A DNA stretch of 64,000 nucleotides from an uncultured virus (IMG/VR IMGVR_UViG_3300049846_001482) (IMGVR_UViG_3300049846_001482), one strand, 5' to 3'. Counted from the first letter of the stretch, positions 37,403 through 46,675 are shown. Notes: generated by a model not told the origin, from the sequence alone. Numbers and translations are program-made.

Positions 37403-37804
37403 TTACAGGATACCGAGATTTGGAATTTCGTAGGTTATCTGTAAATTATCTTTTAGGTCTTGGGATGTGTTTCTATGTCCAGGCAACTGCCCCATTGCAT
37501 CTGTGAATGGACGAACCTTGCCGTGATAGACGTTGTTCACAAAACCGAGGTCTTCCATTTTTTTCTTGAAGATGTCCTCAATCTCAACTTGCCAACGCAA
37601 GAAGTTGTGTCCAAGCAAATCATTCCAATCAGCATCCTTTAGACGACAGCCAACATACGTGATGTCAATGGGAATGTCTTCGGATGGTATGTATGATCTG
37701 GTCCTCTGACTGACCTTGAACATCAGTGTGAAGAATGCAGCCTGCTCCAAGAACTCAAGTCTGTTTAGTTGAGTGACTATATCTGCTTGTCTATAACTGA
37801 TCAC
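37403..37804 (-). CDS. tag-A protein
   Basis: GTG start, MISYRQADIVTQL. Confidence 0.8.
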   Translation of the reverse strand: MISYRQADIVTQLNRLEFLEQAAFFTLMFKVSQRTRSYIPSEDIPIDITYVGCRLKDADWNDLLGHNFLRWQVEIEDIFKKKMEDLGFVNNVYHGKVRPFTDAMGQLPGHRNTSQDLKDNLQITYEIPNLGIL

Positions 37805-38436
37805 TTTGCCCTCTCAAAAGACTCGATGGTGAACTTTGACATACCATCGGAGGTGTGAACATACTTATCCCACTTAACCTCTGCTTTCACCTTCATGTCA
37901 TGGTACATGTCTTCGTAGATTCTGACAATGGTGCCAACGTTGCCTATATAGTATTGTCTCAGACCGCCAATGCGGTTAATAGTTGCATCATTTAACTTGA
38001 CCCTATCTCCAACCTGTAGGGGTCTGGATTTGAATGCAGGGATAAGGTCAGCCTTCTTTTCTAGTAGAGGATAGTAGTGATACTCAACGATTGGCCTTAC
38101 ACCCATAACCCTAAGGGTGCTATCAAAGCCCTTTTGGTCAAGGAACTCCATGAAACCCTCTATGACATCTTGAGCGCTGGGGGCTTGAAGGTCTTCAACG
38201 AGTGTGTAGTAGGGGTCTAGTTCACCATCTGACCTTGGATTCATATCAAATCCAGCCTCAGACATGGCATCGTAGATCTTTCTCTTGATTTCTGGGGTGC
38301 CGTCTGCTCCAACCAGAAGAATCTCGCCTTGCATGATCTCAAATACAATGGAGCCACGAGTGAATGTTTTCTTTAACTCATTCACCTTATCTTCATTGAT
38401 CTTGTCGAGTAGGTCAGCTTGTCTGAATGATATCAT
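37801..38436 (-). CDS. tag-A protein, two units
   Basis: MISFRQADLLDKI plus internal EKKADLIPAF. Confidence 0.8.
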   Translation of the reverse strand: MISFRQADLLDKINEDKVNELKKTFTRGSIVFEIMQGEILLVGADGTPEIKRKIYDAMSEAGFDMNPRSDGELDPYYTLVEDLQAPSAQDVIEGFMEFLDQKGFDSTLRVMGVRPIVEYHYYPLLEKKADLIPAFKSRPLQVGDRVKLNDATINRIGGLRQYYIGNVGTIVRIYEDMYHDMKVKAEVKWDKYVHTSDGMSKFTIESFERAK

Positions 38437-38705
38437 GACTCGTAGTAGGCGAACTGATCTTGTGGTTCAGCCCTCACTCTTATTTCGGTTCCAGGTATTA
38501 GCAACTCTTGTGGAACCTCGTTGGGATTACCGAGCCAGAACAAAATGTCTCTATCGGATGATGCTCCCCCACCAGCAGGCATACGCAACTTAACAGCCCA
38601 CTTCATTTTGCCATTGTTGAATGGGTCAAATTGACGGACCAGTTCTCCGGTCCATCGGGGCTTGGCTAACTCGTTCATAAGGTCTGCTTGACGATAGGAG
38701 ATCAT
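38433..38705 (-). CDS. tag-A protein
   Basis: MISYRQADLMNEL. Confidence 0.8.
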   Translation of the reverse strand: MISYRQADLMNELAKPRWTGELVRQFDPFNNGKMKWAVKLRMPAGGGASSDRDILFWLGNPNEVPQELLIPGTEIRVRAEPQDQFAYYES

Positions 38706-39049
38706 GGGTGGTATTCAAAGTCAAAGGCGGTTCCATCTTCATTCAATCTTACCTCACGAAGATTCTTTACCTTTGAGTTTCCTTGTAGTATTTTTGCCAA
38801 CGTCAGTTCTATCTCGTATGGAGTTCTTTTTGTTGACATCCAGCCAACTGCAACCTTTTCCATATAGTTGTCGGCGTCCATGACAGAATCTATCTTGTCT
38901 TGAAGTGGCTTGATCTTGTCAGAGGCAGCGCTTTTAAGCGGCTCAATATCGTAGAAGTAGATGCCGCTCTTGGTGTTGTATATCTTGACCCTGCAATGAA
39001 TGACAGGGTTGAGGGTCTGTAGAAGATCTGACTGGCGAAAGCTGATCAT
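38702..39049 (-). CDS. tag-A protein
   Basis: MISFRQSDLLQTL. Confidence 0.8.
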   Translation of the reverse strand: MISFRQSDLLQTLNPVIHCRVKIYNTKSGIYFYDIEPLKSAASDKIKPLQDKIDSVMDADNYMEKVAVGWMSTKRTPYEIELTLAKILQGNSKVKNLREVRLNEDGTAFDFEYHP

Positions 39050-39420
39050 CTCTTAACCACCCATACTGTAACTTCTTGAACATCATCAGAGTATTCAACT
39101 GGATACTCTTTTTTGAAATCGAAACCCTTAGACCAAACAAAATTGGCTAACTGGGTGTGTTCTTCGGACCAGGACCATCCACTTTCCTCATTTGGATCAC
39201 GATGCTTTGAAACGTTAATGGATGGAACATTTTGGAATGTCTTGACGAGGTTCTGTTGGGTGGAGAATTCAGGTATCTTTATGCCAGCGTTGTAGTATTC
39301 ATAGGTGACGAAATTATTCCCCTGATCTTTAACTCCCCTGGGGTTAAATACCAAACCGACCACTGGATGAGCGGCTTTGTCTAAGGATTGGATTAGATCG
39401 GCTTGGCGGAAGGATATCAT
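39046..39420 (-). CDS. tag-A protein, first gene of the array
   Basis: MISFRQADLIQSL. Confidence 0.8.
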   Translation of the reverse strand: MISFRQADLIQSLDKAAHPVVGLVFNPRGVKDQGNNFVTYEYYNAGIKIPEFSTQQNLVKTFQNVPSINVSKHRDPNEESGWSWSEEHTQLANFVWSKGFDFKKEYPVEYSDDVQEVTVWVVKR

Positions 39421-39425
39421 ATACT

Positions 39426-39444
39426 TACTACTAATTTATAAGAT
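39426..39444 (-). promoter_or_regulatory. putative phage (late) promoter motif
   Basis: ATCTTATA-AATTA-GTAGTA 5 nt before the ATG. Confidence 0.7.
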
Positions 39445-39782
39445 CAGCGAAAATGCCCAAACTGCTTCTGGTATTTGTTTATATGATTAGTTCTACAGAA
39501 TGGGCATTTTTTGGTTCTAGAGTATTGGCGGCTTGGGAGATCACATTTGGGGCAACAGTTTGGCTGATATATCTCCATGAACTCGCCATTTCCATTGCAC
39601 TTCTGGCAAGTAACAATCCTATACTCATTATTGCCCCAGCGAGGATAGGCAGGAGTTACCCCACCTACCATATACAGCATCTCACGCCGCCCAAAGAATC
39701 CACGGGCAGACTCACAATCACATATGATCCACCGCTTGCGGGTCTTGATTAAGGATGGGTTTAGGAACTTGTGGCGGTTCAT
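39444..39782 (-). CDS. tag-B Cys-rich zinc-finger protein
   Basis: MNRHKFLNPS; several CxxC pairs. Confidence 0.65.
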   Translation of the reverse strand: MNRHKFLNPSLIKTRKRWIICDCESARGFFGRREMLYMVGGVTPAYPRWGNNEYRIVTCQKCNGNGEFMEIYQPNCCPKCDLPSRQYSRTKKCPFCRTNHINKYQKQFGHFR

Positions 39783-39790
39783 GGGATACC

Positions 39791-39826
39791 TAAAGAAACA
39801 GCCCCCTGGTGGTGTCCAGGGGGCTG
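39791..39826 (-). terminator. GC-rich hairpin/terminator
   Basis: CAGCCCCCTGG/CCAGGGGGCTG stem followed by TTTCTTT on the minus strand. Confidence 0.7.
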
Positions 39827-39937
39827 CTAGGGGCGACGGTTCAGTGGGCCGTCACCCTCCACCACCCTGTAGTTACTGTTACAGGGACCAGTCGTGGCCG
39901 CAAGGTAGTTCTATTGTATCAAACTTCATGGCTTTGT

Positions 39938-40189
39938 CTATTTCTTTTTCTTCATTGCAACCATCTTCTTTTTCATGGCACGGATCCTCTCAAAGTTCTT
40001 CTTCATGGCATCGCTGGGTTTGAATACTACCAAGTTGACCTCTTTGCCATCAGAGATTTTAGCCTGGTAGATGCCAGTGAAGCTTTTCAGGGTTTCGTCC
40101 AAGATGGCTTGCTTGGCCATCTTGAATAGACCCTCATCTTCCTTTGGGATATCCCAGTCTATCTCTAGCCTAAGTTTCTGACGAATCAT
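39938..40189 (-). CDS. hypothetical protein
   Basis: MIRQKLRLEIDW; Lys-rich tail. Confidence 0.55.
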   Translation of the reverse strand: MIRQKLRLEIDWDIPKEDEGLFKMAKQAILDETLKSFTGIYQAKISDGKEVNLVVFKPSDAMKKNFERIRAMKKKMVAMKKKK

Positions 40190-40310
40190 TAGTTTGCCAC
40201 ATAGAGTATGGTTATGATGATGATGAAGACAATGGCAGACGACTTTGGATGGTCCGTGATTGTCTCGATGGCAAGATCTACGCCCTCTTCCAGAAAACCC
40301 CTGTCGCTTC

Positions 40311-40532
40311 TCACAGCAAATGCTCCTCGATGATGGCATAGAGGTCTTTCCATACTATTCCAACGTCCTGCAGGTCAAACTTCTCATTCCTTACCTTGAG
40401 CTGAGCCTCTTTGAACGGGATGTCCACCAGTAGAATGCGTGGCTCGGCACAGAAGAAGGTGCAGACAAGAGTTCGCTTCTTCTTGTCGTACTTGATGCCG
40501 TAGATGACGCACTCTCTTGGCTTTAGGCTCAT
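40311..40532 (-). CDS. hypothetical protein
   Basis: ATGA-coupled to the AAA gene. Confidence 0.6.
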   Translation of the reverse strand: MSLKPRECVIYGIKYDKKKRTLVCTFFCAEPRILLVDIPFKEAQLKVRNEKFDLQDVGIVWKDLYAIIEEHLL

Positions 40533-41440
40533 GGCTTGGTTGAGAATCCTATCTTATCGCCCCTTGAACGGGTGACACGGGGCGGCTTCTTCATGGAGTC
40601 GAGCTTCTTGAGGGCTTCGGCATAGTCCTTGCCGTACATGAACACCGAGACCACCAACTCCTTGAGGTGAGCCACAGAGAGGTGGGAGGTATCCTTGACC
40701 CACTTGTTGATGTCCACACCCTCAGGCTTCTTCTCCATCTTGTTGATGAGGTGGCTGAGGTAGAAGTGTCTATCCTCGGTGGCAGGAAGGTCAACCTGCA
40801 CCACCCTGTCAAAGCGGCTGGGGCGGTCAGTGATTCTCTCAGCCAACTTCTCTGGATAGTTGGTCGTGGCAATGAAAACCACGTTGTCGAGCTGGAAGAC
40901 GCCATCGAGCAAGTTCAGGATGGCTGACTCATGGTTGTCGCCTTCCATGTTGAAGAGGGCGTCAATGTCCTCAAGGATGACCAGGAACTCACGGTTGGGT
41001 TCTGCCTTGCGGAAGAACTGGATGCAAGGGATGTCGTAGCGGGCATTCTTGAAGTCGATGACCATGCCACCACGGTCGATCATGTCCTTGATCAAGATGT
41101 TGATGATGGAGGTCTTGCCGCTGCCCTGCGGTCCATAGAGCAGGATGCCACGCTTGAAGGTGATGCCCATCTGGCGGTACTCTTCTCTCTTACCCCAGAA
41201 GGACTTGACCTCGGAGATGATCTCGCTCTGCTGGGCGCTGGGGAAGTTCAGAACCTCGTACTTGCCGCCATCGACCATCGAGAAGATGTGGTGTCCGTGG
41301 TAGTCAATGTTGCAGCGATAGACACCTGGCTCAAGTCTGTCTGCATTGCATTCAACGCCAGTGAACTTCCTGCGGTCTTGTGTGGAGTATTTGGCTACCG
41401 ACATCTTTGATTCAGCAGGCTTCGTCTCGATGATCTTCAT
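40529..41440 (-). CDS. AAA+ ATPase (classic clade, BCS1-like)
   Basis: KRGILLYGPQGSGKT, ILEDID, LNLLDG, ATTN, RPSRFD. Confidence 0.9.
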   Translation of the reverse strand: MKIIETKPAESKMSVAKYSTQDRRKFTGVECNADRLEPGVYRCNIDYHGHHIFSMVDGGKYEVLNFPSAQQSEIISEVKSFWGKREEYRQMGITFKRGILLYGPQGSGKTSIINILIKDMIDRGGMVIDFKNARYDIPCIQFFRKAEPNREFLVILEDIDALFNMEGDNHESAILNLLDGVFQLDNVVFIATTNYPEKLAERITDRPSRFDRVVQVDLPATEDRHFYLSHLINKMEKKPEGVDINKWVKDTSHLSVAHLKELVVSVFMYGKDYAEALKKLDSMKKPPRVTRSRGDKIGFSTKP

Positions 41441-41462
41441 TAATTTCTCCGTGGATGGTAGG

Positions 41463-41744
41463 TTACTTACATTCCCATGTCTTGGACTTCTTGTTGTAGA
41501 CGTACTTGCTGCCAGAACCCTTCTCGCATTCCCTTACCGCTTCAAGCATCGAACCAAACCTTTCGTAGTTCACGAGCCAAGGACTTGGGTGGACAGCGTA
41601 AACCGTCTCCCTCTGCTCAACCCGATGGAAGGTATTGTCGCTGTAGAAGACAGTCACCTTATCATCGGACCTATTGACCTGCTTGATGGTTGGTGTAGAG
41701 GCACAGCCAGTCACAAGCAATGAAACCAAGACAAGGGCTTTCAT
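41463..41744 (-). CDS. lipoprotein
   Basis: MKALVLVSLLVTGC lipobox. Confidence 0.65.
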   Translation of the reverse strand: MKALVLVSLLVTGCASTPTIKQVNRSDDKVTVFYSDNTFHRVEQRETVYAVHPSPWLVNYERFGSMLEAVRECEKGSGSKYVYNKKSKTWECK

Positions 41745-42280
41745 GCGCTCTCCTTGTGGACTGGGTGGGTGATTCTCCAGATGAGAGCCACCACCAACGC
41801 AGAGATGAGGGTGAGGATATGGAGAATCCCACGGTGGTATATCACCGTCCAGTCCAACTTCTCTATGTTCACGAAGTCTTTGAGTATCTGGATGAGCGTG
41901 ATGCCACAGATGGACAGAGCTATCTTAACCTTGAGGATGCCAGTGTCGATGTGGTCAAGGTATTGAGGACGATCTTGGCCGGGCTTGAGGTCAAACTTGC
42001 TGATGAAGAGCTGGTGGCCACCTTGGGCTATCATGACAATAAGGTTGGCCACCATTGCTGCATCCACGAAGCTCAACATAAGCAGCATCATGGCTTCTTG
42101 CGAGTGATCCAGTCCGCTGGTGAGGAAGTGGTAGTCTTCGACCAAGAACCTCAGGATGTAAACCACCAAGGCACCGAGAAGACCAAGGTTCACGGGATAG
42201 AGCATCCACCGAGCAGAGAACACAATGCGTTCACATGCCTGATGGACGTTGATAGCCTTGATCTTCTCGGTGAGCTTCAT
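41741..42280 (-). CDS. yqhA: YqhA/UPF0114 family membrane protein
   Basis: ERIVFSARWMLYP.NLGL, VDAAMVANL, LFISKFD, LKVKIALSI. Confidence 0.8.
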   Translation of the reverse strand: MKLTEKIKAINVHQACERIVFSARWMLYPVNLGLLGALVVYILRFLVEDYHFLTSGLDHSQEAMMLLMLSFVDAAMVANLIVMIAQGGHQLFISKFDLKPGQDRPQYLDHIDTGILKVKIALSICGITLIQILKDFVNIEKLDWTVIYHRGILHILTLISALVVALIWRITHPVHKESA

Positions 42281-42352
42281 AGAAAACACCCCAATATCAC
42301 ACCTGCCGCAAAGCAGAAGGTGTAAAACCTTTCCTTGTGTTGTTTGATGAAG

Positions 42353-42574
42353 TTACTTGTCCCCTGCCACATACTTCACCAGAGCCGCATCGAGCGTCTT
42401 CTTGCCAGCGTTGTGTTCACGGATGCACTTCTGGAGCAACTGCTCGACTGCGTGATCAAAGGCAGGGAAGAAGTCCTTGCTGGCCCGCTTGCCACCTTCC
42501 TTGATGGCCTTACGGATCTCAGAAGCCTTGATGTAGGTCTTGACTCGCTCTTTCTTCTCGGTGTTCTCGCTCAT
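42353..42574 (-). CDS. probable bacterial-type histone-fold protein
   Basis: YIKASEIRKAIKEGGKRASKDF...AVEQLLQKCI...AGKKTL pattern; AGGAG RBS. Confidence 0.6.
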   Translation of the reverse strand: MSENTEKKERVKTYIKASEIRKAIKEGGKRASKDFFPAFDHAVEQLLQKCIREHNAGKKTLDAALVKYVAGDK

Positions 42575-42597
42575 TGTGTTGCTCCTTTGTGGTGGGA

Positions 42598-42768
42598 TTA
42601 CTCTTTGATGGAATTCTTCCAGATGGTCATGACCAGAGAGCCTAGCATGAAGATGACACCCTTTGATGCGTTGAAGTCATCAAAGGCATAGACGATGCCA
42701 GCCACAAAGCAGGCAGCACTGCCAAACCCGAAAATGGCTTTCACATCGCTTTTGCTCAGATTTACCAT
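42598..42768 (-). CDS. small membrane protein
   Basis: Two hydrophobic helices; TAATG overlap. Confidence 0.55.
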   Translation of the reverse strand: MVNLSKSDVKAIFGFGSAACFVAGIVYAFDDFNASKGVIFMLGSLVMTIWKNSIKE

Positions 42769-43079
42769 TATCGCTCCAGAAGGATAGCTTTGACCAAGAT
42801 GTTCTTGAATGCAGCAATGACGAGCTCGCAACGAGCCTTGGTGCCACCAAAACACACCACTCGACCCTCTGTGTGGATGCGGCGGGTGTAGGTCTCGGCG
42901 GTCTTGCGGTCGTACATGCAGACCTTCGTGAAGACCTTGATGACATCCTCAAAGGTCGAGATGTCATTGTTGAAGGCTTCGACTGCCCAATTGGACATGT
43001 CGCTACGGTCCTCCAAGGTCACGTTAGCGATCTTGGGGTTGCCGATAGTCTCCGAAGGCTTCACAATGGTCTTACTCAT
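42768..43079 (-). CDS. clpS: ATP-dependent Clp protease adaptor ClpS-like
   Basis: WAVEAFNNDISTFEDVI...AETYTRRIHTEGRVVC matches the ClpS core. Confidence 0.75.
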   Translation of the reverse strand: MSKTIVKPSETIGNPKIANVTLEDRSDMSNWAVEAFNNDISTFEDVIKVFTKVCMYDRKTAETYTRRIHTEGRVVCFGGTKARCELVIAAFKNILVKAILLER

Positions 43080-43287
43080 GGACCTCTTCCTCGTGAATGG
43101 TGAACTCTTCATGCTCACCATAAATCCTGCTAGATTCCTTGTCAAGTCTCTTCTTTTCCTTTTTGGCTTTCTTCTCGTCTAGCCAAACGCTATGAATCTC
43201 GGCGTTAAAGCGCATGTCACCCGTAGCGCCTTCGCCAATGATCTCTTGCCGCCAAGAAGCGGTTCGAAGAATGACATAGACCTTCAT
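43072..43287 (-). CDS. hypothetical protein
   Basis: MKVYVIL; directly after a promoter. Confidence 0.6.
   Translation of the reverse strand: MKVYVILRTASWRQEIIGEGATGDMRFNAEIHSVWLDEKKAKKEKKRLDKESSRIYGEHEEFTIHEEEVHE
43117..43145 (-). promoter_or_regulatory. sigma70-like promoter for clpS
   Basis: TTGACA-17-TATGGT. Confidence 0.55.
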
Positions 43288-43296
43288 AGTGGCAAA

Positions 43297-43325
43297 AGTG
43301 TAACATTTGGCATGATACTTGTCAA
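43297..43325 (-). promoter_or_regulatory. sigma70-like promoter
   Basis: TTGACA-17-TACACT. Confidence 0.7.
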
Positions 43326-43334
43326 GCGTTATTT

Positions 43335-43601
43335 TTAGGGGATTGGGTCGTAGTATTTTAGGATGTCTTTCTCGGCAATTCCGCCATTTGAGATAGTCCA
43401 GTTTCCTGCGCAGCCGCCGGTAATCTCAAAGGAATCGGGCAATTCATCCACATCCCCGAAGATGCCGAAGTCAGCCTTTTCAATTGAGCTGGCAATGTTC
43501 TCAGAGATACCCAGACTATTGATCATCCAATGCGACCCCACATAGAGGTAGGTCTCTTTGGGTCTCGGTGGCTTCTGAGAAAGAAAAAGGACTCGCTTCA
43601 T
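43335..43601 (-). CDS. tag-B protein
   Basis: MKRVLFLSQK. Confidence 0.65.
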   Translation of the reverse strand: MKRVLFLSQKPPRPKETYLYVGSHWMINSLGISENIASSIEKADFGIFGDVDELPDSFEITGGCAGNWTISNGGIAEKDILKYYDPIP

Positions 43602-43612
43602 AAGGCGAGTCC

Positions 43613-43641
43613 ATTATCTGGTATTCAGTTTTCCCTGTCAA
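43613..43641 (-). promoter_or_regulatory. sigma70-like promoter
   Basis: TTGACA-17-GATAAT. Confidence 0.65.
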
Positions 43642-44037
43642 TTACTTTTTGGTCATTAAAACTACGTCCTCTAAGTTCATTTCGACCATCTTGACTTTCT
43701 CTGGATAGATATCTACGCCATTCTCTGTATGAACAATTCCGCTGGAGATTGAGGTAATGGGACCACAGTTCTTTCCATCTAATATCACATTCAAACCCTC
43801 AGAGCTCTCCTTGTGCCTGACAAACAACTTGCCATCTCTAATCCAAGTTCTGTAGCTGTCGAGGTTGATGACGCCATTGTGCCACCCCTGCACTGTGATC
43901 TTTCTTCCATCCTGTTTAACGATCTTGTTGACGCCAGCCTCTCGTGGGAATATGGAAACAACCTCCATGCCAACTAGATTGGATGGAACAGCTTTTTCAA
44001 GGCTTGTAAGAAGGTCAGCGATTCTAAAAGATATCAT
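43642..44037 (-). CDS. tag-A protein
   Basis: MISFRIADLLTSL. Confidence 0.75.
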   Translation of the reverse strand: MISFRIADLLTSLEKAVPSNLVGMEVVSIFPREAGVNKIVKQDGRKITVQGWHNGVINLDSYRTWIRDGKLFVRHKESSEGLNVILDGKNCGPITSISSGIVHTENGVDIYPEKVKMVEMNLEDVVLMTKK

Positions 44038-44351
44038 TTGCTCCTACCTTTGATCCATGCCGAAACGGCGTCGATGAGGGTTTCAGCCCTCTGCTTCTCC
44101 ACCCACCACAATCCAAAGAATGTGGGAGGGGTTATGAGTACCGCATAGACGAACCAGCTAAGGGGATCTTTAGAGAACAGAATAGTCCAAAAGATGATGA
44201 CCATAGCACAGGTGCCGGTGATCATCATCAAGAGGAAAGCCTTGCTCATGAGGTCTACACAGATCAGTTTGAAAAAGTTATGCTTGAACACTTCCCACTT
44301 GGAGTGTTTGCCATAGATGAGTTTGAATTTGTCTCTATCTTCTTTTGTCAA
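44034..44351 (-). CDS. two-TM membrane protein (holin-like size)
   Basis: Two hydrophobic helices; function unproven. Confidence 0.55.
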   Translation of the reverse strand: MTKEDRDKFKLIYGKHSKWEVFKHNFFKLICVDLMSKAFLLMMITGTCAMVIIFWTILFSKDPLSWFVYAVLITPPTFFGLWWVEKQRAETLIDAVSAWIKGRSK

Positions 44352-44531
44352 GGCTTGTCCGCATTCCTGATGCCCTCATCAAGAGCGGCATTCAATTGTC
44401 TGATCTGCTGCTGGTATCTTGCAAAGAAGGCATCGTCCTTTACAATCTTGGTATCAGCCATCTGAGCTCTGAGAACAGCCATGTCTGCGTTGTATTGATC
44501 TATCACTTCTTTTGTGGTCATTGTTGACTCC

Positions 44532-45464
44532 TTATTTTGCGTCGTGCGGAAGATAGAGTTTTTTCCACCAAGAGTAAATTGATATGGCTATGGGAAGAAC
44601 TGCTGTTCCTATGAGCGCCCAGTGATTATCAAATACTCCTATACCTATAGATGCAATAAATAACATTGCAAATGTAATGGAAAGAGACTTCATGTTCTTT
44701 ATTGTATTTACAATAGCTCGCCAAGTTTTCCAGTACCACTTGGAGTATTTGGGGTCTGGCTTGGAAGACTCCTCATCAATCACAGCCCAAACCTCAGATT
44801 GCATACCCCAGTCACTATAGGGGAAAATTGTGTAACCCTTATCGCCCCACTCTTCGCCCCATGAGTTCCTGATGATGAATCCCTCTTTGTTCCATCCAAC
44901 CACTGTCATAGCATGTCCACCAGTAACAACTTGACCAACCACACTTGGTTTCCACATAGTCTTATTTGCGGAGTAGACTGGGACCGTGATGGCACAAGCC
45001 CCGCCACGATAGACGGCCGCCTTGAGAGTCTGAATTGTGTTGACGTAGGCATAGCCCTGTATCTTGTAGTTGGAAGCTTTGTTAAGGACATCTTGCGAAA
45101 TCTGCTCTGGCTTCTCTATTTTGCCGTATGGATAGTCCTCTTCTGCAACAATGCCTTTCTTATAGAGAATGTTCATAGAGTCTCTAGGATACATGCCTTC
45201 GCCTTCTTGATTGATCCTGTTGTTGTATACAAACTGTGGCGAGAAGTAGTCCTCAAAGCCCACGTTCTTCTTCTCCTGCAGTTCTTTCATGGCAGCGCAG
45301 GATTCAGCCACACATGAACCTTGTGACCCCTGATTCCTGACGGGCAACAAGTTTTTGCGTGGATCAAAGACCTCTGGAAGACTTAGGTCAGAGGGGAATA
45401 TGGACTCTGCCTGAAAGTCTCTGGGGTCGGCTGGAGAAGATTGGGCGTCTAATTTGTATATCAT
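44532..45464 (-). CDS. papain-like cysteine peptidase (C1A) with C-terminal TM helices
   Basis: RNQGSQGSC, GGHAM, IIRNSWGEEWGDKGY. Confidence 0.9.
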   Translation of the reverse strand: MIYKLDAQSSPADPRDFQAESIFPSDLSLPEVFDPRKNLLPVRNQGSQGSCVAESCAAMKELQEKKNVGFEDYFSPQFVYNNRINQEGEGMYPRDSMNILYKKGIVAEEDYPYGKIEKPEQISQDVLNKASNYKIQGYAYVNTIQTLKAAVYRGGACAITVPVYSANKTMWKPSVVGQVVTGGHAMTVVGWNKEGFIIRNSWGEEWGDKGYTIFPYSDWGMQSEVWAVIDEESSKPDPKYSKWYWKTWRAIVNTIKNMKSLSITFAMLFIASIGIGVFDNHWALIGTAVLPIAISIYSWWKKLYLPHDAK

Positions 45465-46675
45465 GGCAGCACACTAAGGTCTATTTTTGCAAAAGTTTTT
45501 ACTAGGGTTGACCCAATCTGAGATGTGGTTGTAAAAACAGTATAGAGCCAATCCCCATCAACTTGAAAATAATACGGGTATCCCGATGGAGTTTGTGCAA
45601 CAGCAATCACCTTAAAGTCGCTTTTCCTGACGAAAAACAAAGCATAGGCATTATCATATATTAAATACTCTTTGTATGTTACCACACGGTTTATGTTTGG
45701 ATATCCATTAGACACAGGTGCCTGAGCTGCAGAAAAGTGAAAATATGCATTGACATCGATGGAGTTTGCAAGATCATTTATGTCACCGTAAACAGCTATA
45801 CCTGCTCTGGATGGTGGTACGGGAGAAACCTGATCAAGACCAATGTATGGTCCATAAAAAATCACCGAGCTTCCACTACCACGTGCGCCTTGTATGTTGC
45901 TGCTAGTGAGAGTTTGAACCAAGGAACCATCTGTGATGCTAAAAACTCTCGTAGCATTGCTATTGTAAGCAACAAAAACATCGTTAAATATATTGGACCT
46001 TAAGTAAGAGGTATCTGGCTTAAAGACTCCCCCATCAGATCCGGTCGTTTTATCATATGATTTAATTGCACTTGAATTGCCATCAAAAGAACCACCAACA
46101 AGAACGTCAGATGTGCCTGTTTCAACGGTAGAAAATTGAGAAACACCAAATCCTCCAGCAGCATAGACTGGAGCAAATGTTTCATTCAAAGAACCATCGG
46201 CAATATTGACAGCAGCCAATCCAGAGGCGCAGTAAGTTAATCCACTGTAATCAAAAGCGCCAGCAATAAAAATGGAGTTGTTATCACGTAAGCCAATGGA
46301 ATTAACAACTGTACTTCCCCAAGCCATTGGCGTCAGCGATGGATTAAAAGATGTCACTACTGAGTAGTCGCTCAGGTCTATAGCGGCAAGACCGGTCCTA
46401 GCAACCCCATTGACAGCAGTAAAATTACCGCCCAGGTAGGCTATGTTGTTGTGAACAAGCACAGTTTGGGGCTGACCACCAGTGATAGATGACAAAATAT
46501 TGATACCAGTCAGGTTTATGGGAACTTCCATGAAATTGTATGAACTAGATGTCCCAAGTGTATTTTGAATAGCAACAACTGATGACTGCAGAGAGTTTAC
46601 ATCTGCTGCCATTACGTCATCAACGTTGTCAACTTTAGTTGTGAATGAGTCTGTGCCTGTTGGATAGACCGACAT
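45461..46675 (-). CDS. beta-propeller virion fibre/adhesin-like protein
   Basis: YLGGNFTAVNG..RTGLAAID repeats; N-terminus shared with 6155..7639. Confidence 0.75.
   Translation of the reverse strand: MSVYPTGTDSFTTKVDNVDDVMAADVNSLQSSVVAIQNTLGTSSSYNFMEVPINLTGINILSSITGGQPQTVLVHNNIAYLGGNFTAVNGVARTGLAAIDLSDYSVVTSFNPSLTPMAWGSTVVNSIGLRDNNSIFIAGAFDYSGLTYCASGLAAVNIADGSLNETFAPVYAAGGFGVSQFSTVETGTSDVLVGGSFDGNSSAIKSYDKTTGSDGGVFKPDTSYLRSNIFNDVFVAYNSNATRVFSITDGSLVQTLTSSNIQGARGSGSSVIFYGPYIGLDQVSPVPPSRAGIAVYGDINDLANSIDVNAYFHFSAAQAPVSNGYPNINRVVTYKEYLIYDNAYALFFVRKSDFKVIAVAQTPSGYPYYFQVDGDWLYTVFTTTSQIGSTLVKTFAKIDLSVLP

Noticed and set aside
13724..39420. Recurring ~27-nt DNA motif (AGATCTGCTTGTCTGTAAGATATCAT) as a CRISPR repeat or integron attC-like cassette site
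   Set aside because: Spacing is 240-780 nt. The motif is always in frame at gene starts, varies at synonymous positions and has no dyad symmetry, and no cas or integrase gene lies in the window. It is a coding motif.
1011..43145. Upstream extensions in the ORF track (e.g. starts at 1079, 3391, 4314, 28664, 31567, 43145)
   Set aside because: They run through promoters or neighbouring genes. RBS position, tags and ATGA overlaps identify the downstream starts used here.
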